Assembly (NCBI GenBank): GCA_965287045.1
Contig: OZ336879.1
Coordinates: forward strand, 62,124,001-62,188,000
Reading direction: 5' to 3'
Source: Carcharhinus amblyrhynchos
Lineage: Eukaryota
DNA length: 64,000 nucleotides
The translations under genes and the position numbers were made by a program. How positions within the stretch are numbered: the first letter of the stretch is position 1; every line of letters begins with the position of its first letter. A model generated the notes under the pieces. It was not told the origin of the DNA, ran no database searches, and saw only the letters and a program-made list of their open reading frames with translations. This document shows positions 1 through 12,827 of this stretch, piece by piece.

Positions 1-76
1 GTACCTTCTATAAACTTGAGGTTATTCAAAACTATGCATTTAACAAAAATGCTGTCCTCGTTGTTGGCTGGTAGGT

Positions 77-393
77 CATAGAATCATAGAATACTACAGT
101 GCAGAAGGAGGCCATTCAGCCCATGGATCTGCACTGACCACAATCCCACTCAATCCCTATCCCCATAAACCCATGCATTTACTCTAGCTAGTTCCCCTGA
201 CTAAGGGGCAATTTGACATGGACAATCAACCTAACCTGCGCATCTTTGGAGTGTGGGAGGACCTGGAGGACACCCACGCAGACACGGGGAAAACATGCAA
301 ACTCCACACAGACAGTGACTCAAGCTGGGAATTGAACCTGAGTCCCTGGCTTTGTCAGGCAGCAATGTTAACCACTGTGCCACCGTGCTGCCC
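77..393 (-). mobile_element. tRNA-derived SINE, HE1-like (shark), with CR1-type 3' tail
   Basis: Minus strand reads GGGCAGCACGGTGGCACAGTGGTTAACATTGCTGCC (A box) and GGTTCAATTCC (B box), then the TGTGTGGAGTTTGCA..TCCCCGTGTCTGCGTGGG core, ending in (ATTCTATG)n. Homologous copies at 26236 and 59609. Confidence 0.85.
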
Positions 394-744
394 CTGCAAG
401 TATGATTGTGTAATGTCCTAAATATGTTAGGGGTTGTGGGTGATACATTAAAAAAATGTGATTTGCACAAGTAGATTCAAACCAACAACACAAGGTTTAT
501 TCCTGGAGCTCTTAGCTATACAGAATAGAAAATGAAACTAAATGGGAGCCTGTGAAAAATCCAATGACATCACCATTAATTCATATGTGACTGGCATTTA
601 AAGCAATCATATAATCACTTAAATATATAAAAGATTGATGGCATAATTGAGGCTGGTCAAATTCCAATGCCAGCTGACCATCATGAATTTTATTCCTTAA
701 TTTGATAACATTTATCCATTAAATTGAAACACAACAAATACATA

Positions 745-1300
745 CCCAGCCCTGTCATCCCTGCCAAGTTCTCCTCACTAGTATCTGGGGACCTTGTGAT
801 TAAATTGGGTGAGCAGTCCCACAGACTATTCAAGCAATAGTTTGAATCATACCTTACAGCTCATGTCGCAGACTCTTCCATCACCATCTCTGGGTATGGT
901 CTATCCCCGCAGCTGGAAAGACCCACCAGCAGTGGCAACATAATAATATACAGTCTAAGGTGTGGCCCTGGGAACTCTTCCTCAACATTGACTCCAATCC
1001 CTATGAACTCTCGTGGCATCAGGTCAAACATGAGTAAGGTTACAACCAAATGCTCTATCTCTCAGCTGAAGAATGTTGATCATCCTGTGGAAGAATAGGT
1101 GAGATAGCAAGGGTACAAAATGTACTCTGGATGGGGTCTTCATTGTCTATTACCAAGCATGGTTTGGTAGCACCATGAGAGGCTGAGCCCAGAAGGATAT
1201 AGCTGCCACACTGGCAGATAGTGAGAGAAACAGCATGAGTGAAGCCAGTCGTGATTTTGTCCTCATCAGTCTACACTTCACATACGCATTTGTCCATGGC
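745..1300 (+). mobile_element. Degraded CR1-group LINE fragment (endonuclease-proximal region)
   Basis: Resembles the 5' ORF2 region of a common shark LINE family (CACCATCTCTGGGTATG, CTCAACATTGACTCC, TGGCATCAGGTCAAACATG). Recognised from recall; no intact ORF. Confidence 0.45.
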
Positions 1301-1633
1301 AACATTGACATGCTTGATCATCAAACAGATTTTGCAGAGATTAAGGCCACAATTCTCCCGAATTAAGACTAAGTGCCCATGCCAGTGGGTAAACAGGACC
1401 ATTTCCCATTGCCACTAGGAGCACCTGTCAGTTGGGATTCACCCACTTGACAGATGCAAATTCACACATACTGAGCAACCTGCTGGCCAGTCCTGATTTT
1501 CAGAGATCTGGCTATCATTTTTAAATGACTCCACAATCTCCACGCTCAGAGACAGGTTTCCCTCCTCCCAAAAAATGAAATGGTAACCCCTCCACTCCCC
1601 CGCCCCCACTGGCCAGGGAAGCACCACCAACCC

Positions 1634-2610
1634 ACAAGACCATAAGATATAGGAGCAGAATTAAGCCATTATGGCTGATTAATTTCTCAACCCCATTCTC
1701 CCACCTTTTCCCTGTAATCTTTGATCCCCTTGCCAATTAAGAACCTATCTATCTCTGTCTTAAATGTACTCAATCAGCTGGCCTCTGCAGCCTTCTCTGA
1801 CAATAAATTACTTAGCTTCACCACCCTATGACTGAAAAAAATTCCTCCTCATCTCGGTTCTGAAGGGTTGTCCTTTTATTCTAAGGCTGTGCCCTAGGAT
1901 CCTAGTCTCTTTGATTAAGGGAAACATCTTTCCCATGTCCACTCTATCCAGACCTTCCAGTATTCTGTAAGTTTTATCCTTCTAAATTCCATCGACTCCA
2001 GACCCACAGTCCTAAAATACTCCTCATATATCAAGTTTTTAATTCCTGGGATCATTCTCATGAACCTCCTCTGGACCCTCTTCAGAGCCAGCACATTCTT
2101 CCTTAGATACAGGGCCCAAAACTGCTCATAATACTCCAAATGTGGTCTGATCAGAGCCTTTTAAAGCCTCAGTAGTCCATTCCTGTTTTTGTATTCTAGT
2201 TCTCTTGAAATGAATGTTAACATTGGATTTGCCTTCCCAACTACAAACTCAACATACAAGTTAACCTTAAGAAAATCCTGAACTAGGACTCCCAAGTCAC
2301 ATTGCGCTTCCGATTTCTCAATCATCTCCCCACTTAGAAAATAGTTTCGACCTGTTCTTCCTACCAAAGTGCCTAATCTCACATTTTCCCACGTTGTGTT
2401 CCATCTGCCATTTCTTTGCCCACTCTTTTAACTTGTCCAATTCCTTCCGCAGTGTCTCCGGCTCCTTGATACTACCTGTCCCTCCACCTATCTTTGCATT
2501 ATTGGCTAACTGAGCCATAATGCCCTCAGTTCCATCATCTAGATCATTGATGAAAAGTTGTGGTCCCAACATTGATTGCTGTAGAACTCAACTCATCAAA
2601 TGCCAACCTA
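1634..2610 (-). mobile_element. 5'-truncated CR1 LINE (RT C-terminal half and 3' UTR)
   Basis: ORF fragments LGPQLFINDLDDGTEG..AKIGG..WAKKWQMEHNVGKC, DLGVLV and EYYEQFWALYLRKNVLALKRVQRRF are typical of CR1 ORF2. Tail near 1634-1650. Confidence 0.9.
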
Positions 2611-3144
2611 TAACCCAAACAGGGGCATCCTTCCCCTTTCCCACAAATAATGGATCACCCCCTACACCAATCCCACATAGGCATGAGGGTGACCCGAACA
2701 CCCCACTCAGAGCCCCGCATTCGTACCCTGTCTCCACTCAGACATCCCCCCATTGAGTTCTCTTCCCCACATTCAGTACCCCTCCTCACTCAGACCACCC
2801 ATTCAGCCCCTATGAACTCTCCCAATTATCCCTTCTCCGACCCCAACTCAGCCTACTTCCCCACTCAATACCCTATTAAACCCCCTTCCCCACTCAAAAC
2901 CTACTCATTCCCTTTTCCCCAGGCAGACACACATTCAAACCCGCTCTCCATTCAAACATGCCAACAGCCCTTTCATTTTGGCAGTGTCAATGGTGCAGTG
3001 CTCTGGCACCATGGCCTGGCACTTTGGGCTCTGAAGGGGAATTCATAGGCTGAATGGGTGGTCTGGGTCACTCTCATGCCTGTGTGGGGTAGGGGTAGAG
3101 GGTGATCCATTATTTGTGGGGAGGGGGAAGGATGCTCCTATTTG

Positions 3145-3357
3145 GGTTATAGGTTGGCATTTGACGAGTCGAGTTCGACAGGGGTCGGTGTTGGGACTAA
3201 AACTTTTCACTTTATACATCAATGATCTAGATAAAGGAACTGAGAGCATTGTGGCTCAGTTTGCCAATAATGCAAAGATAGGTGGAGGACAGGTAGTATT
3301 GAAGAGGCGGAGAGGCTGCAGAAGGACTTGGATAGGTTAGAAGATTGGGCAAAGTAG
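3145..3357 (+). mobile_element. CR1 RT fragment forming the right arm of an inverted duplication
   Basis: Translates RQGSVLGLKLFTLYINDLDKGTESIVAQFANNAKIGG (degenerate QGSVLGP and FADD motifs). It is the reverse complement of ~2415-2610. Confidence 0.85.
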
Positions 3358-5271
3358 GTCCAGTGGACATTTGCCTCTCTGCCGTGACCAAGCTGCAGAG
3401 GGCAAGTGCTGGGAATTGGGAGGGCTGGAGCTGAGGGCAAGGGGTTGACCATGCCAGTCTCCCCAGAACTCAGGTGGCATGGCTGAACTGCCCCTTCTAG
3501 CCCGGGCAGACCTGATGATCACCCCAGAATGTGATTTCAGGCAGCCCTGTGATAAACATTTTCATTCCAGTCTGTCAGCTGTGAAAGTTTTGAAGTGGCC
3601 AGGTCACTTTAATCTCCATGTCCCTGGTCACCTGGCTGGCTTTTAAATCACTGGAGTACTCCATTCCGCAGCAGAGATTTTCCTTTCACCGCGTCAGAGG
3701 CTGTAGGTGTGAGCAGACCTCTTTGAAGTTCTCTGACAGGAGATGTCAATTTCACCTTGAAGGGGAGGTACCATTCTCCACAGCTGTGCACTCAACCCCA
3801 GTGTATTCACACAGCTTTGATTTGAAGTCTCTGAGCCTTCCTAGCAAACTGAAACCTTTGTAACCTTCTCTACTGTGCCAAAAACCTTTGATCTATGTCA
3901 ATTTCATGCTTTGAAAGAAGAGCCCTGCCTTGGGGTTCTGGCACTTTTTCCAAAACTTTTAAATATAGAATAAAGCATAAAACATCACCCTCCAGCCCTC
4001 ACTCCCCCTCAGTCTCCCATATATTCCCCATGCCCCATCCTTGCCAACCTATGCCATCTCATACCCTGTACATACACCCATGACCCCTTATATCATCCAT
4101 GCCAACCTATGCCCTTCTACTCATTAACCACTAGCCTTACATCTACTATGCCAACTCACCCAGTATCCACCATGGGCAGAGCTTAAGACTCTTGCAGAAT
4201 TGAGATAAAACACATTCTACGAAGTTCAAGGTACCTATTGCAGACTTCACGATGCTCAATAAAACACAAAAAATAACAATTACTACATTCATATTCCCTC
4301 AACTAAATAAAGCTTTATAACAGCAAATATTTACTTCAATGAACAATCCCTTGTAACAAAAGCAGTAAAATTCAGAGTACCACTTCAAAGAGTATATAAC
4401 CGCTTGGAGCTGCCAATCAGATTGTGAAATGGCAGGCACCTGACTGCGATAATGGGGGTTGTAAAATCAGTCATACAGCAATTATCCTGTATTAGGCAGT
4501 TAGGTTTATGTTAACAGTGTGAAACAGGAAGAAACAATTTTTTATCTCTCACACTTCAGACATTTTCTTTAAAGATTTAAAAAGGGAGAGCTTTTAAATG
4601 CTTTGTCCATTTGACAGCTCCCTTTGACAGGCCCTCTTGATACTTTTGACAGGACAATTATTTTTGACAGTTGCTTTTGAGTTTTGATGGTTTACTTTGA
4701 CAGATCTGTTGAGAGTTCCAATGAGCTTGACAGTTAATGAGTATATGCATTTTATTATATGTATTTGTGGCTACTTTTTAACAATTCCAAAGGCACTTTA
4801 CCTCCCTCAAAGGGCACCTGACCTAGCCCAGAATTCTCCAAATCTAAACCAAAAGGTATTTCACCTCATTCAAAGGGCACCCGAACTCCCCCAAAAGCAT
4901 CCAAGGACCATATTCAAAGGAGTATCTTACCTCTCCAAAAGGTTACCCTCATTATCCTAAGAAAGGCACAATGTTAAGGCCTGTTTTAACAGGTCCACTT
5001 TGCACACTTCAGATTTCACATCCCTATTGTTGATGATTTAATTTGCCATCTACCAACATAAAAAGGTGCATGCATGAAATGCGAGCCGCCACCATTCCCA
5101 CCCTTGTGAAAATGGGAAATGTTGTGTTCAACGTGTGGGGGACCTCAGATTTTCAGGCACTTCTGGCATTTTCACCATAATGAAAAATCCAGGCTGATGT
5201 GCTTTTCCATTAACATGAACATTTTTCATGTGTTCTGAATAGAGCCAACAAAAAAAAATCCTCTCATCCTG

Positions 5272-5400
5272 GTGGCCATGGTTCAGTTGATAGCATACTC
5301 AACTTTGGGTCTGAAAATTATAGGTTCAAGTCCCACTCCAGGCATCATATCACAAAAATCTAGATTGTCACCACAGTGTAGTATTGTTGGAGCTACCAAG
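5272..5400 (+). mobile_element. Degraded tRNA-derived SINE head (SacSINE1/DeuSINE-like)
   Basis: A-box-like TGGTTCAGTTGATAGC and B box GGTTCAAGTCCCACTCCAGG, followed by CACAAAAATCTAG. Family assignment from recall. Confidence 0.5.
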
Positions 5401-6425
5401 GTCCCAGTTCTACAAACTGTTTATTTAAAACACTTGTTCAATGCAAGCGAAATGTACTTGGCTGTTATGCCCAATCAAAAAATGATGCACAATCTTTTGG
5501 GGCTTGGGGGACAGCTGGGGGAGGGAAAAATGGATAGCTGGAAGTTGGCTACTATAGAGACTAGAATTTGATCACCTGACATTTGATTTCCAGTCCCAAT
5601 ATGTCTCTGTAGCTTTATTGTAGTAGCTAGATAACTATTCCGTGAGAGCCCTCGTTTGTCCGTTGGATTGTTGCGGCCATTCTTCATAGGAGACACATTA
5701 ATGGAACATGGCCAACTGAGTGTGATGTGCACAGTGAAAACTAGAACTTCCCTGTGGAATAGAAGTTAAGTACCATTGTAACATTTTGTGCACACAGTCA
5801 ATGAAGTGCCACTAAGTGCCCCTACTGGTTTTTACGGACTAAGTAACCCACCTACAGAGCCGATACCAGTTAGCTACGGTTCCTCTCTTATGTTCAAATG
5901 GCTGCTTCTTGTATTCGTAACTGCTCTTCTTCTGTTAAATCACTGCTTTGGGTAATTCTTTATGCGAATCATGAATCTCCCATTGAATCTGCACCCCAAA
6001 GACACTTTCTTCTTCTCTTGTACTAAGTGAAACTTGGCAGTGCCACTGTAGCCATGCTCTGCTTAAATTTGAAATCTTAGTATTGGTTGGGCTAATGCCA
6101 CGTCTGCCTTGGACTTAAATACAAACTTTCTGAAAATCCCCTGGCTATACAAGTTTCTGTTTAAGACATTATCTAGCATTACAGCTTTTTCTCCCAACAT
6201 GTTTGCTAAGATTGAAATCAATTTTTGACAGGGGGTGGAATCTCTCAGGGAAGAGCTGAGCAGATACCACTACTCTCACCTCATTTCTCCTTTATGTTAA
6301 TATCAGTGAAGATAACTCTTCCCCAATGTTGAAAGCTGTTTTACAGCCTCAGTGAATGGAAATTGTGTGAATTTGCAGCAGTACTGGTTGTTGTTAGTAG
6401 GATAGTCCCGTTTTGATGTCACATT

Positions 6426-7147
6426 GGATGGAATTTTACGAACAGAGATGAGGTGTGGCTGTCTGGTTCAAAACTGGGTGACACTGACACATCCAATGCA
6501 ATCCACAATTGCATTGTTACTTCCTGTCAGCCAAGACAAGGGTGGTGGGCATGACTATTCTGGAGATGGAAGAACACAGTGAAGAATAGAGCTGAAGATT
6601 TCCCCAGCTAGTGTTTTCCCTGTCTGCAACCTTCCCTAGGAACAAGGAACACGAGTACTGTCAGTTTCCTCTCACCTGTACATGTCCCCTTCATCCATCG
6701 AGAGATTGGCAACTCTTACGTTAAGCTAGCTTCAGTTTGTGGATGCTGGAGATGCAAGCAGGCTCACATGTCATCAGAGTGACTGGGAGGTTGCTGGACT
6801 GTTCCCGAGTTCCTCGTTCTTCTCAGGTTAACAGGGAAGCGCAGATGTATCTTGCGAGGGAGGGACAATGGCCGCCTCCTGCTTCTGGGGGCTCCTCTCA
6901 GAGTGTTCCAAATATGGACAGCAGCTCCTCAACCTCTCCAGTAGTGACATTGGCTCAGAAACTGCAAAGACAAAGGAGGATCCTGGAACTGTTGACTATA
7001 CAGCTATATTCCATCCAGAGGCCTGGAAATAGGAAGCTATCTCTGGTAAAAATTTTGATCATGTCCCGCTGCCAATAAGTGTGGGCTCAAAGATGCCTCA
7101 TTTCTTTCCAAATAACAGATCCTGAAGCCCACGGTAAAATCCTGCCC
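6426..7147. mobile_element. Non-autonomous DNA transposon (MITE-like), TIRs and 3-bp TSD
   Basis: Starts GGATGGAATTTTAC and ends GTAAAATCCTGCCC (imperfect TIR). Flanked by ATT on both sides (6423-6425, 7148-7150). Confidence 0.6.
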
Positions 7148-7149
7148 AT

Positions 7150-7635
7150 TTAGTCAACTTCTGGGCACCTCACTTGAGGAAAAATGTCAAGGCTCAAAAT
7201 TCAGAAGGAAATTGCTGGAATGGTGCTTGGAATGAAGGACTTCACTTATGTGGAGGGATTAGAGAAACAGGGATTGTCCTCCTTAGAACAACGAGGTTAA
7301 GGAAGTTTTAATAGAGGTTCTAAATATCATATTCTGATGGAGTAAATAAGGAGATACTGGTTTCAGTGGCAAAAGGGTAAATAACCACAGCACCCAGATA
7401 TAAGGCACTTAGCAAAAGAATAAGAGGGATGGATTTAAGTGATATATTTTTGCACAGATGTTATGATCTGGAATGTTTGTGCCTGAATGGTGATGAAAGC
7501 AGATTCCTTAATAATTTTCAAGAGAGAAGTAGATAAATATTAATTGGAAAAGTGCAGGGAAATGGGCTAATTGGACCATTCTTTCAAAGGGCTGGCACAG
7601 GCATAGTGGGCCAAATGGCCTCCCATACTGTACAT
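7150..7635 (+). mobile_element. Old CR1 3' fragment
   Basis: TTCTGGGCACCTCACTTGAGGAAAAATGTCAAGGC (FWAPHLRK.V motif), ending in GGCACAGGCATAGTGGGCCAAATGGCCTCC, a CR1-like 3' end. Confidence 0.7.
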
Positions 7636-8165
7636 TCATTCCAGGATACTTTGGCTCTTTGACATTACATATTAAATAACATCAGTCTGCATCTCCTCCA
7701 ACTCATCATGAGAAATATCAAGAGAGATTCACCAGCAGAAATAAAGTTATTGCTTTTGGTATTTATTTTGTCTATTGCACTTGAAGCATCATATTTCTTG
7801 TATCACAAGCCAGGGAACACACCTCAGGCATTGCACTTGAAACGCAAAACACTTCACATGCTTAACTCAAATTTTATATTCATAAAACAGCGGCAACAGA
7901 GCTAAAGATGTCAAGAATGTACAAATCAAGCAGAAGGAAAACATTGTAAAACCTCCAATAAAAAATCTACTAAGGATGTAATAAAGCAAAAGAGCACGAG
8001 GGGTCAGCAAAATCTACCAATACACAAATGCAAATAAATCCAATCTTTCCAAATATATTTTTGTCAATTGCATGTCTGTTTGTGCACGCCCTACAATGTT
8101 GGAGATGTTTTTTCTTAGGCTATCTCCTAGGATCAAGGCTGACTTGCTTCCACTTTGGTTCAATG

Positions 8166-8286
8166 GGATGGAATTTTCTCATCCTGCTTGCCACAGAAAC
8201 CATGGCGGGTGGGACAGGACCATACAAAGGTCTGTTGACCTTGGGCAGAATTTTCCGGTCTTGAGGCATGGCCATATAATCCCACG
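8166..8286. mobile_element. Short MITE copy, same TIR family as 6426, 21999 and 30146
   Basis: Begins GGATGGAATTTTC, has an internal GGGCAGAATTTTCC, and is similar in reverse orientation to 30146-30270. The right end is degenerate. Confidence 0.45.
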
Positions 8287-8555
8287 TGTTTGCAGATTTG
8301 TGTGCTCCCTCTGACTCCCTGAAAGTGTCCTTGCATGTTCCTGACAAAGTCTGTTGAAGTGTTTGGTGCCTTCCCGATGACCCGTCTTCATTTTGGTCAG
8401 TCACATGTCAGGGGCTCCCATGTCTGACCATTTCAGGGATGCTTTGAGGACATCCCAAAAGTATTTCCACTATCCCCTTGGGAGTCTAGTGTCAGGCAGA
8501 CAAAGGACTTGTCCTGCCCAGTTTGCATTGGTTTCTGAGTGATTAGCTCCTTGAT

Positions 8556-9489
8556 ATAAGAACATAAGAACATAAGAACATAAGAAATAGGAGCAGGAGT
8601 AGGCCATCTAGCCCTTCGAGCCTGCCCCGCCATTCAATAAGATCATGGCTGATCTGTTGTGGCTCAGTTCCACTTTCCCGCCCTCTCCCCATAACCCTTA
8701 ATCCCCTCTCTTATCAAGAACCCATCAACCCGCGTCTTAAAAATATTTAGTGAGGCAGCCTCCACCACTTCAACGGGCAGAGAATTCCAGAGATTCACCA
8801 CCCTTTGAGTGAAGAAGGTCCTCCTCAACTCCGTTCTAAACCGCCCCCCTTTATCTTGAGGCTGTGCCCCCTAGTCCTACTGTCTTTTTTGAGCGGGAAG
8901 AGTCTCTCCACCTCTATCCTATCCATCCCATTCATCATCTTATACGTCTCAATGAGATCTCCCCTCATTCTTCTAAACTCTAACGAGTACAAGCCTAGTT
9001 TATTCAGCCTCTCCTCATAGCTCAATCCCCTCAACTCCGGTATCAGCCTAGTAAACCTCCTCTGCACTCCCTCCAGGGCCAAAATATCCTTGCACAGGTG
9101 CGGCGCCCAAAACTGCACACAGTACTCCAGCTGCGGCCTCACCAATGCCCTATACAGCCGCAGCAAGACCTCCCTACTTTTATATTCAATCCCCCTCGCT
9201 ATGAAGGCCAGCATCCCATTCGCCTTCCTGACCACCTGCTGCACCTGCAAGCTGGGTTTTTGCGACTCATGCACAAGGACCCCGAGGTCCCTCTGCACCG
9301 TCGCCTGCTGCAGTTTTTCGCCACGTAAGTAATAGTCCTTCCTACCATTCTTCCTACCAAAGTGGACCACCTCACACTTGCCAACATTAAATTCCATTTG
9401 CCATTTCCTGGCCCATTCGCCCAGCCTATCTAGATCCTTCTGCAGACTCTCCACACCCTCCGCACAATTTGCCTTTCCCCCAATCTTCG
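8556..9489 (-). mobile_element. Young 5'-truncated CR1 LINE, copy A
   Basis: Uninterrupted ORF2 C-terminus ([66 protein letters not shown]). (TTCTTATG)n tail and retained CpGs. Confidence 0.95.
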
Positions 9490-10412
9490 CCAAGCTGGCT
9501 TGAATGAGGATGCTGCTGTTACACTGCATCTCTTGCCACCAGGATCTTACAAAGGTACCACTGGTGGTATTCAAACCAGTGCTTTGAGGTGCCTACTAAA
9601 GGTTGCCCAAGCCTCTAATGCATAGAGAAATCCAGGGATTACCGATGACCAGTAAACAATGATCTTAATCCTGGATTTGAGATCTTGGTCCTTAAAGTAC
9701 TCCTCCTAAGTAGGTCAAAGACTGAGATGGCACATCAGAGGCAATGATGAATTGTTGAAATACATCAGCCTTTATTGACAGGAGGCTCCCAAGATATGGA
9801 AATAGTACCCATTTTACAGGATCTCACCATTCATCTTAATTGATGGAGTGGGGTAGTGAGGGGTGGAGGGGATTTGCTGCTGTTCTGTGGGAGCTGGTTC
9901 AATTGAGCTTTAGTTTTCTAGGTGTTTAGTGAAAGATTCATTACAAGGATCCCTCCTCAATTGCCTCCCAGCAGACAAAGAGTCACAGTGAGATTTTCAC
10001 CACCAAGAGGTGCCAAAGACATATCCTTCACTGCACAGCCTTATCTTAGTGAAGACTGGGTTCATTCTCCATCTTCCTTGTTGTAATGCTGCCCCTCATC
10101 TCCAACAAATTAATCAGATGTGGAGATCATTTACACAACATTAATGAAGCTGTTCAACCTATGTTGCTTTTAATCAAAAACCCAAAGCTCTCCAATCTCA
10201 GTCGTTGAGCTTCAGCCTACAGAGGTTGGAGTGGCTTGTGTCTGCACTCACTCAGCAACTGAGTTCCAGGTCATCGTCCACTTCTGCTCCAAAACGTTTG
10301 AGAAAATGGGCCATTCACTAAACACGTGGTAGGATACGTATGTGTAGTATTATGTATTGGGGTTGTTGTTGTATTATGGTACTGTCTCTTTTAGAGAATA
10401 TCATGAGTACAG

Positions 10413-12827
10413 TTTGATTTGATTTATTATTGTCACATGTATTAGCATAGTGAAAAATATTGTTTCTTGCGCACTATACAGTTAAAACATACCATTCATA
10501 GAGAAGGAAAGGAGGGAATGTGAAATGTAACATTACAGTCATTGCTAGGGTGTAGAGAAAGATCAACTTAACTTGAGGTGGGTCCATTCAAAAATCTAAT
10601 GGCAACAGAGAAGAAGCTATTTTTTGAGTCGGTGATCTCAAACTTTTCTATCATTTTCCCGACGGAAGAAAGTGGAAGAGAGAATGTTCGGGGTACCTGG
10701 GGTTCTCAATTATGCTGGCTGCTTTTCTGAGACAGCAGGAAGTGTAGACAGTGTCAATGGATGGGAGGCTGGTTTGTGTGATGGACTGGATCTCATTCAT
10801 GATCCTTTCTAGTTTCTGGCAGTCTTAGACAGAGCAGGAAACATACCAAGCTGTGATACAACTAAAAAAAAATGTTTTTATGGTGCATCTGTAGAAGTTG
10901 GTGAGCGATGTAGTGGACATGCCAAATTTCCTTAGTCTCCTGAGAAAGTAGAGGCTTTGGTGGGCTTTCTTAACTGTAGTGTTGGCATGGGGGGACCAGG
11001 ACAGCTTGGTGGTGATCTGGACACCTAAAAACTTGAAGCTCTTGACCATTTCTACTTGGTCGCCATTGATGTAGACAGGGGCATGCCCTCCATAATGCTT
11101 GCTGAAGTCGATGACTATCTCCTTTGTTTTGTTAACATTGAGAGAGAGATTATTGTTGCTGCACCAGTTCACCAGATTCTCTATTTCTTCTCTGCAATGT
11201 TTCTCATCATTGTCTGAGATTTGACCCATTACGGTAGTGTCATCAACATCTTAAAAATCGAGTTGGAGGGGAGTTTGACCATGCAGTCAAAGGTATATAA
11301 GAAGTATATTAAGGGGCTGAGGACATAGCTTTGCAGAGCACCAATGTTGAGGATGATCGTAGAGAAGGTGCTGTTGCCTATCCTTATTGATTGTGATCTG
11401 TGGGTTAGGGAGTTCAGGGTACAGTTGCAGAGCGAGGAGCTGGGCCCCAGGCCATAGAGTTTGGAGATGAGTTTCATAGCAATAATGGTGTTAAAGACTG
11501 AACTGTAGTACGAGTCTGACATAGAAGTCTTTGTTATCTAGGTGTTCCAGGGTTGAGTGTAGGGAGATGGCGTCTGCTGTGGACCTTGCGGTATAGGCAA
11601 TCTGTTGTGGATCCAGGTAGGCTGGAAGGTAGGAATTGATTTGTGCCATGGTTAACTTTTCAAAACACTTCATAGTGATGGATGTCAGAGCCATCAGACG
11701 ATAGGCACACTGGCTGGCTTTTCTTTGGTACCAGGATGATGGTCGTCGTCTTGAAGCAGGTAGGGACCTCAGATTGGTGCAAAGAAAGGTTGAAGATGTC
11801 TGTGAATACCCCCGCCAGCTGGTTCGGGCAGGGCCTGAGTACTCATCTGGGTACCCCATCAGGGCCAGTCACTTTCCGTGGGTTGACTTTTGAGAAGGCT
11901 GCTTTGACGTCAGCAATGGTGACCTTGGATACAGGTTTGTCCAAGGCTTCTGGAATGTAGGGTGTGCTCTCGCTGACCTCTTGCTCAAAACGGGCATAGA
12001 ATGCATTGAGCTCATCGGGGAGGGGTGCATTGGAGCTGGCGATTTTACCTGCCTTCATCTTGTAGTCTGTTATGTCTTGCTGACCTTGTCATAGTTGGTG
12101 GGAGTCCATGTGGCTAGGCTGAGACTTTAGCTTGGTCCAGTACCGTCTTCTGGCATCTTTGATGGATCACCGTAAATCATAGGTGGCTTTCTTGTATAGG
12201 TCAGTATCACATAATTTGAACGCCTCAGACCAAGACTTCAGCAGGTGGTGGATATCCCTGTTGATTCATGGTTTCCGGTTGGGAAACATGTGGATTTGCT
12301 TCTTTGGCACACAGTCTTCTATACACTTACTAATAAAGTCAGTTAGTGAAGTCAATTACCGTACTCTTTCAGACTGAAGGCAGAATTTTTAAATACTGAC
12401 CAATCTGTTGGCTCTAAGCAGCCCTGTAGGAGATCATCTGATTCCTCAGACCACATTGCACAACTTTCTTTGACGAATTTCCTGATCGGTTTTTGCTTGT
12501 AAGCAGACAGCAGGAGCACAGCCTTGTGGTCTGATTTACCAAAGTGTGGGTGGGTGGTAGAGCAGTTGGCATTCTTGATATTTGTGTAGCAGTGGTCTAG
12601 GATGTTTCAGCTTTTGGTGGAACAGGAGATGTGCTGGTGGTATCTTGAGCTTGGCCTGATTGAAGTCATTGGTCATGATGAACAAGGCCTTCATCTCAAG
12701 GCTATTTGTGGTGGTGTATATTTCTTCCAGCGTGATCTTCATGTCCACGTGGGTGGGATGTAAACTGCTATCAGGATAACAGAGGTAACTGAAGGTAGTA
12801 GGGGCAGCATTTTAGCATCAGGTATTC
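10413..12827 (-). mobile_element. Rex1/Babar-clade LINE, 5'-truncated within the endonuclease domain
   Basis: ORF fragments [47 protein letters not shown] and WCSNNNLSLNVNKTKEIVIDF..FKFLGVQIT..KKAHQSLYFLRRLRKF. (ATCAA)n tail at the left end. Confidence 0.88.

Noticed and set aside
1345-5195. A single large TIR element enclosing the CR1 and the inverted duplication
   Set aside because: The termini (GGCCACAATTCTCCC and GAAAAATCCAGGC) match only weakly and no convincing TSD was found.
5816-5828. CTCF-like site GTGCCCCTACTGG
   Set aside because: One base short of the consensus spacing and isolated.
8825-9574. 249-aa ORF as a host gene
   Set aside because: It is the CR1 ORF2 C-terminus fused to flanking sequence, truncated downstream of the catalytic motif.
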